From: Actinomycetes bacterium
GTDB taxonomy: Bacteria > Actinomycetota > Humimicrobiia > JAHJRV01
Assembly (NCBI GenBank): GCA_030640275.1
Contig: DAOWJR010000067.1
Coordinates: forward strand, 1-36,752
Reading direction: 5' to 3'
DNA: 36,752 bases
A program made the position numbers and the translations under genes. This document shows positions 26,908 through 35,531 of this stretch, piece after piece (the first letter of the stretch is position 1; each line of letters begins with the position of its first letter). The notes below the pieces were generated by a model. It was not told where the DNA came from. It was given only the letters and a program-made list of their open reading frames with translations, and made no database searches.

Positions 26908-27942
26908 GTGATGGAAAAATATAAAAAAATTGCTTTAATAATATGGGCTATAATAGGTGCTCTAATCATATTATTTTCTTTTTTTTACCTATTATTTCTA
27001 CTAAAACCAATTTTTACACCAATTTTAATAGCAATTGTTTTAACATATTTATTAAACCCAATAGTTAATTTTTTAGAAAAAAAAGTAGGTAGAATTAGTT
27101 CTATAATAATAGCTTTTATTGCCTTTCTTCTCTTTGTTATACTCTTTTTTACTTCTTTTATTCCCATGCTTGTTATCCAATTTAAAGATTTTGGACAAAA
27201 AGTTCCAGATTATCTAAATAGTATAGAAGCAGGTTTATTATCATATGAAAGATATTATCAAAGACTTATTAAGACTGAACAATTAAAGGAAGTGTTAGAT
27301 GCGATTACAAATGAATTAAAAAATTTTATAGTATTAACAGCTAAAAAAACACCAGAATTTACAAAGAATATTTTTAAGTTTCTTTTTGATTTCTTTGTTG
27401 CAATTCTTTGTTCATTTTATTTCTTAAAAGATAAAGAGAGACTAAAAGAAGGTTTATTTAGAATTATTCCTGATAAGTATTCTAATGAGCTTAGATTAAT
27501 ACTAAAAAAAGCAAGTAATTCTTTTTCAGTTTTTTTTAAGGGACAACTGGTTGTAGCAATAATTATTGCTATTCTATGTTCTATATTTCTTTTTATTTTT
27601 AAAATTGAATTCGCTCTTTTACTTGGACTCATTGTTGGATTTTTTAACATAATACCTTATATAGGCCCACTAATTGGAGCAATTCCCGCAGTTCTTGTAG
27701 CATTTTTTGATTCACCATGGAAAGCCTTAGTTATTATTATTGTCTTCATAATAATAAATTGGGTAGAGGATCTAGTAATCAGACCTCAAATTTTAGGACA
27801 TGGTCTTGGTCTTCACCCATTGGTTATTGTCTTTGCTTTAATTGTTGGTGGATTTCTTTTTGGTATGTTAGGACTAATTATAGCCATTCCCATAGCTGCG
27901 TTTATTCAGGAACTAATATACCATTATCTTTTAAAGCAATAA
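26908..27942 (+). CDS. AI-2E family transporter (PerM/UPF0118)
   Basis: About 8 TM helices. The NIIPYIGPLIGAIPAVLVAF motif is characteristic of the family. Confidence 0.85.
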   Translation: MMEKYKKIALIIWAIIGALIILFSFFYLLFLLKPIFTPILIAIVLTYLLNPIVNFLEKKVGRISSIIIAFIAFLLFVILFFTSFIPMLVIQFKDFGQKVPDYLNSIEAGLLSYERYYQRLIKTEQLKEVLDAITNELKNFIVLTAKKTPEFTKNIFKFLFDFFVAILCSFYFLKDKERLKEGLFRIIPDKYSNELRLILKKASNSFSVFFKGQLVVAIIIAILCSIFLFIFKIEFALLLGLIVGFFNIIPYIGPLIGAIPAVLVAFFDSPWKALVIIIVFIIINWVEDLVIRPQILGHGLGLHPLVIVFALIVGGFLFGMLGLIIAIPIAAFIQELIYHYLLKQ

Positions 27943-28057
27943 AGGGGTCAAATAAAGGTTCTATAATTAAAAAATGAGATATATTAGTTACCTTTTTATG
28001 ATATTAAAAAAGATGAATATTTATTATTTTTAAAAGTAGTAATATTAGAGGTATCAA

Positions 28058-29404
28058 TTGAAAAGTAAAGTTATTAGAGATAGATTTTTAAAATTCTTTA
28101 AAGATAAAAATCATTCAATAATTCAATCATCAAACTTGATACCAGTAGATGATCCTACTGTTTTATTAACAACTGCTGGTGTGCAACAGATCATGCCTTT
28201 CTTTTCGGGATTAAAAGAGCCTCCATCAAAAAGATTAGTATCCTGTCAGAAATGTTTCAGAACAACTGATATTGACAATGTGGGTTTAACTCCAAAACAT
28301 CTTACCTTTTTTGAGATGCTGGGAAATTTCTCAGTTGGTGATTATTTTAAGAAAAAAGCGATTTACTGGGCATGGGAATTTCTTACAGAGGAATTAAAAA
28401 TAGATTCAAATAAATTATGGGTAACAGTATTTGAGGGAGACGAGGAGATATCTGCAGACGATGAAGCGATTGCGATGTGGAAAGAAGTTGGAGTTAGCCC
28501 CGACAAGATTTATAAATTTGGAAAAGCTGATAATTTCTGGGGCCCGCCCGGGGAAAAGGGACCATGTGGTCCATGCAGTGAAATACATTTTGATAGAGGA
28601 GAACAATACGGATGTCAGAAAGATAAATGTGGACCTAATTGTGAACAATGTGACAGATTTATAGAAGTATGGAATTTGGTTTTTACACAATATAATTTTA
28701 ATGGAAAAAAATATGATCTTCTTCCTCAAAAAAATATAGATACCGGAATGGGTTTAGAGAGATTAATAGCTATTATGCAGAATGTAGAATCTGTTTTTGA
28801 TACTGATCTATATAATGAAATAATAAAAGAAATTGAAAGGTTATCAAATAAGAAATTTGGTATAAGTTCTGACCTCGATAGGTCATTTAGAATTACTGCT
28901 GATCATCTAAAGGGAGCAACTTTTTTAATTAGTGATGGAGTTTTTCCTTCAAATGAGGGAAGGGGTTATGTTTTAAGAAGAATTATAAGAAGAGCAATTA
29001 CTAATGGAAAGAGTTTGGGTATATATGATGAATTCATAACAAGTGTATCTGATGTAGTAATAAATACGATGAAGACCATTTATCCAGAACTTAAAAAAAA
29101 TAGAGAATATATACTTGATATATTAGAAACAGAGGAGAAAAAATTCTCAAATACCTTAAAACAGGGAATTGGGATTCTTGAGGACAACATCAAGCATTTA
29201 AAAAAAGAAAAAAAGTCTGTAATACCTGGCGAAGTTGCCTTTAAATTATACGATACATATGGTTTTCCCATTGATTTAACAAAGGATATAGCAAAAAAGC
29301 ATAACCTTAACATTGATTTAAAAGCATTCTCTACTTATTTAGAACAACAGAAACAGAGGGCACGTTCAGTTAGAGGTTTTTTGATAGAAACGAAGAAGCT
29401 TTAA
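28058..29404 (+). CDS. alaS: Alanine--tRNA ligase, N-terminal fragment (aminoacylation and tRNA-recognition domains). Interrupted by a frame change.
   Basis: Motifs: RDRFLKFFKDKNHSII, FRTTDIDNVG, HLTFFEMLGNFS, WGPPGEKGPCGPCSEIHFD, IEVWNLVFTQYN, DTGMGLERL. AGAGG SD and TTG start. Confidence 0.9.
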   Translation: MKSKVIRDRFLKFFKDKNHSIIQSSNLIPVDDPTVLLTTAGVQQIMPFFSGLKEPPSKRLVSCQKCFRTTDIDNVGLTPKHLTFFEMLGNFSVGDYFKKKAIYWAWEFLTEELKIDSNKLWVTVFEGDEEISADDEAIAMWKEVGVSPDKIYKFGKADNFWGPPGEKGPCGPCSEIHFDRGEQYGCQKDKCGPNCEQCDRFIEVWNLVFTQYNFNGKKYDLLPQKNIDTGMGLERLIAIMQNVESVFDTDLYNEIIKEIERLSNKKFGISSDLDRSFRITADHLKGATFLISDGVFPSNEGRGYVLRRIIRRAITNGKSLGIYDEFITSVSDVVINTMKTIYPELKKNREYILDILETEEKKFSNTLKQGIGILEDNIKHLKKEKKSVIPGEVAFKLYDTYGFPIDLTKDIAKKHNLNIDLKAFSTYLEQQKQRARSVRGFLIETKKL

Positions 29405-30714
29405 AAATATATTCACCTATTATAAAAAGAGTAAAGAGTAAATTTGTTGGGTATGAAAAAGATTTTGTTAAAACTGATGTAGTGGGGATAATATCTAACG
29501 GTGTTGAAGTGCAAAAAGTATCTAAAGGTGATAAAGCGGAGATTATAATAAGTGAAACTCCATTTTATGCTAAAAAGGGTGGTCAAGTTGGTGATATTGG
29601 TCATATAGTATCAGAAACTGGAGAATTTGGTGTAGATAATACATTTCCCATTGATGATATCTTAAATTCACATCAAGGAAAAGTAATTGATGGAGAAATA
29701 AAAATAGGGCAAATAGTTGAAGCTAAAATTGATATTAAAAATAGAATTTCAATATCTAAAAATCACACAGCTACTCACTTACTTCATTGGGCTCTCAGAA
29801 CAGTATTAGGTGATCATGTGAACCAATCTGGCTCTTTAGTAGAAGCAGGAAGATTAAGATTTGATTTTACACATCACCTATCACTATCAAATGAGCAGAG
29901 GGAAAAAGTGGAGAATTTAGTGAACAAGATGATATTTGCCAATAACGACGTAAGAGCATATATAACAACACTGGATTATGCCAAAGAAATAGGCGCTATT
30001 ATGATATTTGGGGAAAAATATGGTGATTTTGTAAGAGTTCTTGAAATAGGTGATTTTTCTAGAGAACTCTGTGGAGGGACACATATTGCAAAAACTGGCT
30101 CCATTGGTCTATTTAAAATAATAAGTGAGGGTTCTATAGGATCAAATTTGAGGAGAATAGAAGCAATTACTGGCAGAGAAGTAATTAAATATATAAGTAA
30201 ACAAGATAAAATTATTTCTTCTCTTTCAGAATTATTATCGGTCGAGAAATCGGATATTATAGAAAAAATAAAAAAACTTATTGATGACTTAAAGAAAAAA
30301 GAATCCGAATTGGAAAAGATCAGAAAAAAAACGATCTCATCTGAGCTTGAAGTTATTCTAAATAAATATGAAGAAAAGAATGAAATAAAGATTTTCTCCG
30401 GTCTTTTAAAATTTAGAAATATTAAAGATTTACAATCGATGGTAAGAACTATACAAGGAAAATTTAAAGATAGTTTTGTAGTACTTGGATCAAATTTAAA
30501 AAATAAAGCCATTTTAGTAACATCTGCTTCAGGAAAGGCATTGGAAATTGGTATAGATTGTAATGAAATAGCGAATGCTATTTCTAAATATATTGATGGT
30601 GGAGGTGGTGGAAAGAAAGAATTTGCTCAGGTGGGTGGAAAAAATACAAAAGGAACAAAATTAGCTATTGATGAAGCAATCAAAATAGTAAAAGATTTGG
30701 GCAAACTTTCTTAA
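29374..30714 (+). CDS. alaS: Alanine--tRNA ligase, C-terminal fragment (editing domain and C-Ala/DHHA1) in the -1 frame. There is no credible independent start.
   Basis: The frame is open from 29374 and already encodes AlaRS-like sequence (KFVGYEK...) upstream of the first start codon (GTG 29482). Motifs: TPFYAKKGGQVGDIG, HTATHLLHWALR, CGGTH, GGGGGKKEFAQVGG. Confidence 0.85.
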   Translation, partial: RFFDRNEEALKIYSPIIKRVKSKFVGYEKDFVKTDVVGIISNGVEVQKVSKGDKAEIIISETPFYAKKGGQVGDIGHIVSETGEFGVDNTFPIDDILNSHQGKVIDGEIKIGQIVEAKIDIKNRISISKNHTATHLLHWALRTVLGDHVNQSGSLVEAGRLRFDFTHHLSLSNEQREKVENLVNKMIFANNDVRAYITTLDYAKEIGAIMIFGEKYGDFVRVLEIGDFSRELCGGTHIAKTGSIGLFKIISEGSIGSNLRRIEAITGREVIKYISKQDKIISSLSELLSVEKSDIIEKIKKLIDDLKKKESELEKIRKKTISSELEVILNKYEEKNEIKIFSGLLKFRNIKDLQSMVRTIQGKFKDSFVVLGSNLKNKAILVTSASGKALEIGIDCNEIANAISKYIDGGGGGKKEFAQVGGKNTKGTKLAIDEAIKIVKDLGKLS

Positions 30715-30727
30715 CTAAGATGTAGGG

Positions 30728-30770
30728 CAAGGCTTTAGCCTTGTTTAATAATGCAACCCTGAAGGGTTGC
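30728..30770 (+). terminator. Two tandem GC-rich hairpins downstream of alaS
   Basis: CAAGGC-TTTA-GCCTTG (30728..30743), followed by TTTAATAA. GCAACCC-TGAA-GGGTTGC (30753..30770). Confidence 0.45.
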
Positions 30771-30804
30771 CCAGCTCTCTATTTAACTTCCTTAAAAATC
30801 AGAT

Positions 30805-31245
30805 ATGAAAAAGATGGGTTTAGATTGGGGTGAAAAAAGAATAGGTATCGCAATATCAGATGAATTATTATCTTTTGCTCATCCCTTAGAAATAATAGAA
30901 AATTCTTCCAAAACAAAAGCTATTTTAAAGAATATTATTCAGAAAGAAAATATTGATGAAGTGGTTGTCGGTTTACCTATCACTTTGAGAGGTGAAATGG
31001 GTAAACAAGCAATAAAAATTAAAGAACAGGTTGAAGAAACTTTTAAAGATATGAAAGATATAAAGGTAAAGTTAAAATTCTGGGATGAGAGGATGTCAAC
31101 CAAACATGCAAATAGATTATTAAAAGAGGTAAGACTTAGAATTAAGGATAGAAGAAAGATTAAAAAAATGGATGATAAAATAGCAGCAAGCCTAATTCTT
31201 CAAAGTTATTTAAATTATCTAAAAAGAGAAAATGAAGGAATTTAA
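30805..31245 (+). CDS. ruvX: Holliday junction resolvase-like RuvX (YqgF)
   Basis: GLDWGEKRIGIAISD, VVGLPITLRGEMG, WDERMST. Position after alaS. Confidence 0.9.
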   Translation: MKKMGLDWGEKRIGIAISDELLSFAHPLEIIENSSKTKAILKNIIQKENIDEVVVGLPITLRGEMGKQAIKIKEQVEETFKDMKDIKVKLKFWDERMSTKHANRLLKEVRLRIKDRRKIKKMDDKIAASLILQSYLNYLKRENEGI

Positions 31246-32251
31246 AAAATTTATTTTAGCAGTATTTATAATAATTCTAATTTTATTAGTATTTTTAGAG
31301 TCTTATATTCTAAAAATTTTTTATGAAGTTCTATTTAAATCTTATAGTGCTTCAGGAAAAGTAGAGATTGCTATACCAGAGGGTACATCTACAATAGAAG
31401 TGTTGCAAATTTTGGAAGAGAACAAAGTAATAAAAAATCCATGGCTTTTTAGATTATACATTAAAAGTAGAAGACAGGATAAAGAAATAAAATCTGGTGA
31501 ATATGAATTTGATATTAACTCTTCATATGCTGTAGTTCTTGATAAATTAATTCAGGGACCTCCCCAGCCAGAAACATTTACACTGGTAATCCCAGAAGGC
31601 TTTACTTTAGAGCAAATTGCTAATAGAGTTGAGGAAATGTCACTCATTTCTAAGAGAAACTTTATATGCGAAGCAATACCAGAAGAGTTCAATTATAATT
31701 TCTTAGAAGATGCTGAAAGCTTAGAAGGATTTTTATTTCCAAAGACATATACATTTTTAAAGGAAACATCTGCTCATAATTTAATAGATGTATTATTAAA
31801 ACAGTTTGAAACAGAGACTAAAGATTTAGATTTTAGTTTAGCCAAGCAGAATGATATAAACATTAAAGACATAATAACTATTGCTTCATTAATTGAGAGG
31901 GAAGTATATATCGCTGAGGAGCGGGAGTTGGTTTCAGCTGTTATACATAATAGGCTTGAAACAGACATGCCACTTGCAATAGATGCGACATTAAGATATG
32001 CTCTTTCAAAATGGGATGATGAACTAACCATATCTGATTTAGACACTGATTCTCCATATAATACCAGGATATATAAGGGACTTCCTCCAACACCAATCTG
32101 TAATCCCGGGATAGAATCAATAAAGGCAGCGCTTAATCCTGCGGATGTAGACTATCTATATTTTGTGGTTGATGATCTAGATTCACATAGCCATTTTTTC
32201 ACTAATTCTGAAACTGAATTTTATAATTTCTTAAATAGTTTAGAAAGGTAA
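31232..32251 (+). CDS. mltG: Endolytic murein transglycosylase MltG (YceG-like)
   Basis: N-terminal TM segment. Motifs: EGFLFPKTY, ASLIEREV, YNTRIYKGLPPTPICNPG. Confidence 0.9.
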   Translation: MKEFKKFILAVFIIILILLVFLESYILKIFYEVLFKSYSASGKVEIAIPEGTSTIEVLQILEENKVIKNPWLFRLYIKSRRQDKEIKSGEYEFDINSSYAVVLDKLIQGPPQPETFTLVIPEGFTLEQIANRVEEMSLISKRNFICEAIPEEFNYNFLEDAESLEGFLFPKTYTFLKETSAHNLIDVLLKQFETETKDLDFSLAKQNDINIKDIITIASLIEREVYIAEERELVSAVIHNRLETDMPLAIDATLRYALSKWDDELTISDLDTDSPYNTRIYKGLPPTPICNPGIESIKAALNPADVDYLYFVVDDLDSHSHFFTNSETEFYNFLNSLER

Positions 32252-32252
32252 T

Positions 32253-32771
32253 ATGAAAAAGTCTAAATTATGCCCTCATCTTTATTATTCCTCAATATAT
32301 ACTATAGATTTAGACAAGATAAAATCATTAGAAATAAAAGGATTAATCATTGATTTAGATAATACAATACTACCTCATCATCACTTTATAGTTTCAGAAG
32401 AGCTTAAATCCTGGTTTAAAAATCTAATAGAAAGAGGATTTAAAGTATGTGTTATTTCAAACAACTCTGTTAACAAAGTGAAAAAAATAGCGGATAAACT
32501 TCAGGTACCATTTATATTTAATGCTGTTAAACCCCTTCCACGGTCTTTCAGGAAAGCAACTAAAATTTTAAGCTTAGATAAAAAGTATATTGCAATTGTT
32601 GGAGACCAGATGTTTACAGATATTTTGGGTGGAAACTGGTTTGGAATATTTACGATTTTAGTAAAGCCAATGAATCCTTATGAACATTGGTGGACAAGAA
32701 AATTAAGAATATTACAAAAAAATCTTTTAAACAGATTTATATCTAAAGGAGAATTAAAATATCTATATTAA
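32253..32771 (+). CDS. YqeG-family HAD-IIIA phosphatase
   Basis: Motifs: GLIIDLDNTI, VISNNS, VGDQMFTDILGGN. Confidence 0.8.
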   Translation: MKKSKLCPHLYYSSIYTIDLDKIKSLEIKGLIIDLDNTILPHHHFIVSEELKSWFKNLIERGFKVCVISNNSVNKVKKIADKLQVPFIFNAVKPLPRSFRKATKILSLDKKYIAIVGDQMFTDILGGNWFGIFTILVKPMNPYEHWWTRKLRILQKNLLNRFISKGELKYLY

Positions 32772-32869
32772 AATAATTTTAATTAATAATAATATAATTT
32801 GAAATTTTAACAATTTTGTTTTTTTTATTAATTATTATTTAACAGGTATTTTGATTATATTTATATATT

Positions 32870-33157
32870 TTGGTTAAAATGGCTGATAAGTATGTGCACA
32901 TTAAAGTAAAAGGTTATGTACACGGAGTTGGATTTAGATTCTATGCTATTAGATATGCGGATAAGTTAAATATTAATGGTACTGTTAGAAATAAATATGA
33001 TGGCAGTGTGGAAATATATGCTGAAGGAAAAGAGGAAGATATAAATAAATTTATCGAGGTAATTAAAAAAGGACCAAGATCAGCTGTAATCAGAGAAGTC
33101 ATAATTGATGAATATAAAAAATCAAGAGGTTATAATACATTTGATATTATTTTTTAA
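32870..33157 (+). CDS. acyP: Acylphosphatase
   Basis: Motifs: VKGYVHGVGFRFYA, GTVRNKYDGSVEIYAEG, KKGPRSAVI. Start is TTG 32870 or ATG 32879. Confidence 0.85.
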   Translation: MVKMADKYVHIKVKGYVHGVGFRFYAIRYADKLNINGTVRNKYDGSVEIYAEGKEEDINKFIEVIKKGPRSAVIREVIIDEYKKSRGYNTFDIIF

Positions 33158-33166
33158 TTAGAATTT

Positions 33167-33703
33167 ATGTTTTTCAAGAAAGCTAATAATAAAAGAGATA
33201 AAAATAAGAAAGATGATAGCTTTAAGTTACCTCTTTCTGCAAAAGATGCAGCATTAGCATCAATAGTTGGAGCCATATATGCAGTTCTTACAATGGGTTT
33301 TGCTCCGATTAGCTTTGGACCTATTCAATTTAGAATAGCTGAGATCTTAACAGTACTTCCATTTCTAAGGGCATCTACAGCCTGGGGATTATTTGCTGGT
33401 TGCCTGGTAGCAAATATAATAGGTGGATTGGGACCATGGGATATAATTTTAGGTAGTCTTTGCACTTTAATTGCTGCATATCTAACTTCAAAAATGCCTA
33501 ATATCTGGCTTGCCCCATTACCTCCAATTGTAGTAAATGCTTTTGGTGTAAGTTCTTATTTACACTTAATTTTTGGATTACCTTATTTTCTTAATGTTTT
33601 ATACATTGGAATTTCTGAAACCATTATTTGTTATGTTTTAGGTATTCCTTTGCTTTATTTTCTTAAAAAACAAAATTTCTTAGAAGAATACATCTTTAAG
33701 TAA
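33167..33703 (+). CDS. queT: QueT-family ECF S-component (queuosine precursor transporter)
   Basis: Small 5-6 TM protein with FAPISFGPIQFRIAEILTVLPF, CLVANIIGGLGPWDIILGSLCTLIAA and PLPPIVVNA, matching my recollection of the QueT family. Confidence 0.7.
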   Translation: MFFKKANNKRDKNKKDDSFKLPLSAKDAALASIVGAIYAVLTMGFAPISFGPIQFRIAEILTVLPFLRASTAWGLFAGCLVANIIGGLGPWDIILGSLCTLIAAYLTSKMPNIWLAPLPPIVVNAFGVSSYLHLIFGLPYFLNVLYIGISETIICYVLGIPLLYFLKKQNFLEEYIFK

Positions 33704-33841
33704 TAATAGAATTTGTAATGGTAATTATGCGAGTTTAAAACCATATCTATTAAAAATATATATTGTATTGTTTGTAATGCTTTTTAGAATTTATTTATTA
33801 AGTTTTATCCTCTTGAATTATAGTGATTTAAAGTTATATAC

Positions 33842-34624
33842 ATGAAATATAGAACACTTTTTATTTCTAAGGATAGCCCAATTCATAGATTAAACCCACT
33901 AACTAAATTAACTGTTTTAGGCTTTATTATAGTCTCTCTGTATACTATAAATTGGATTCATTTTCCAATACTTCTTTTTTTTATAATAATTTTCCCTATT
34001 GCCTTTTTGGGAAGAGTTTTTAAAGAATTTTTTAAAATAATTTTAAAAGTTGGACTACCTTTAATTTTATTTGTATTTATATTTCAAATCATTTTTTTTA
34101 CAGGTGGAGAAAAAGTTATATGGGAATTTTCAGTTGTAAAAATAAAATTAGAAGCAATAATGTTTTCATATTTATTAGGAAGTAGAATATTGGTAATAAT
34201 TTCTTCTTTTTTAATATTTCTTCTCACCACAAATCCAGGACACATTATGAACTCTTTAATTTCGATAGGGTTTCCACGAACAATATCCTATGTTATTTTA
34301 TCTACTTTGAATATATTTCCTTATATACAATCAAAAGCAAATTCTATATTGGATGCTCAGAAATCAAGAGGTTTAGAGGTAGAGGGTAATATTTTTATAA
34401 AAATTAAATCTTTAATTCCGTTAATAACTCCATTACTTTTTAGTTCAATTTCAGAGGTTGAACAAAGAGCTTTAGCTCTTGAGGTAAGAGCCTTTAGCTC
34501 ACCGTATCCAAAAACATCAATTTTGAAAATAAAAGACTCATTGCCACAAAAAATTTTTAGAATAACAACTTTACTACTTTGTTTAATATTAATTATCTAT
34601 AAATTTTATTTAGTAATTTTTTAA
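33842..34624 (+). CDS. ecfT: Energy-coupling factor transporter transmembrane subunit EcfT (CbiQ family)
   Basis: SPIHRLNPLTKL N-terminus, multiple TM helices, and coupling-helix region AQKSRG...ALALEVRAF. Confidence 0.8.
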   Translation: MKYRTLFISKDSPIHRLNPLTKLTVLGFIIVSLYTINWIHFPILLFFIIIFPIAFLGRVFKEFFKIILKVGLPLILFVFIFQIIFFTGGEKVIWEFSVVKIKLEAIMFSYLLGSRILVIISSFLIFLLTTNPGHIMNSLISIGFPRTISYVILSTLNIFPYIQSKANSILDAQKSRGLEVEGNIFIKIKSLIPLITPLLFSSISEVEQRALALEVRAFSSPYPKTSILKIKDSLPQKIFRITTLLLCLILIIYKFYLVIF

Positions 34625-34681
34625 ATTTACAAATAGTGGTTTTAATATTTTTTTAATATTAATACTTTATAGAGAAATTTT

Positions 34682-35530
34682 ATGTGTATAAAGATAAGAA
34701 ACCTAACATATAGTTATCCAGGCGCAAAGAAAGAAGCTTTAAAAAATATTAATATAGATATTTTTGATGGTCAATTATGTGGTGTATTAGGAAGAAATTT
34801 AACTGGTAAATCAACATTATGTTATGCACTTACGGGATTTATACCACACTTTTTTAAAGGAAGTATAAAGGGAAAAGTGCTTATTGACAATTTGGATACA
34901 GCTAATTTACCTCTTCATAAAATTGTAACTAAAGCGGGATTAGTCTTACAAAATCCATTTAACCAATTATCAGGTGAAAAATTTACAGTATTTGAAGAAG
35001 TAGCTTTTGGTCTGGAAAATTTAGGAGTTTCTCGAAATGAGATGATAGCAAGGGTTAAGGAGATTCTTAGAAAAATAAAAATTTATGATTTGAAAGATAG
35101 ATCACTCTATCATCTTTCAGGGGGTCAACAACAATTAGTTTCTATAGCTTCTGTTTTAGTGATGAAACCTAACATTTTAGTTTTAGATGAACCGACCTCT
35201 CAACTTGACCCAATTAATAGTAAATTGATATTTTCGTTGGTTAAAGAGTTAAATAGAGAGGGAATAACAATAATAATAGTTGAACATAAAATAGAAGAGA
35301 TAGTTGAATTTGCAGATAGAATTCTATTAATTGAAGATGGTGAAATATTATTAGATGAATCTCCTCATGAAATATTTAAATCTCTGAAAAAATATGAAAA
35401 TTATATTAAATATATGAGACCACCCTGTTATGTAGAATTGACTCAAAAAATGGAAGAAGAAGGTCTTTGGGAAAAAACCAATGGTTATCCCATAACATTT
35501 GATCAAGCAAAAAAAGAATTTGAGGTGTAA
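34682..35530 (+). CDS. ecfA: ECF transporter ATPase subunit EcfA
   Basis: Walker A GRNLTGKST, Q-loop VLQNP, signature LSGGQQQ, Walker B LVLDEPTSQLD, H-loop VEHK. Confidence 0.85.
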   Translation: MCIKIRNLTYSYPGAKKEALKNINIDIFDGQLCGVLGRNLTGKSTLCYALTGFIPHFFKGSIKGKVLIDNLDTANLPLHKIVTKAGLVLQNPFNQLSGEKFTVFEEVAFGLENLGVSRNEMIARVKEILRKIKIYDLKDRSLYHLSGGQQQLVSIASVLVMKPNILVLDEPTSQLDPINSKLIFSLVKELNREGITIIIVEHKIEEIVEFADRILLIEDGEILLDESPHEIFKSLKKYENYIKYMRPPCYVELTQKMEEEGLWEKTNGYPITFDQAKKEFEV

Positions 35531-35531
35531 T

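Noticed and set aside
27943-28057. Possible T-box leader upstream of alaS (and upstream of hisS at 22995..23006)
   Set aside because: The spacers are only 115 nt and 12 nt, almost pure A/T. They contain no T-box sequence (AANNNGGTGGNACCGCG-like) and no terminator/antiterminator stems.
29976-30512. 178-aa ORF on the minus strand
   Set aside because: It lies antisense to the well-supported alaS C-terminal region. Composition is that of a low-complexity shadow ORF.
32772-33166. Possible preQ1 riboswitch in front of acyP-queT
   Set aside because: There is no GC-containing P1 stem plus A-rich tail. The non-coding parts contain essentially no G/C. The absence is reported within the QueT finding rather than as a feature.
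33713-33778. Direct 9-mer repeat TTTGTAATG (33713..33721 and 33770..33778) between queT and ecfT
   Set aside because: The repeat is short and AT-rich with no accompanying structure. It is within chance expectation for this composition.
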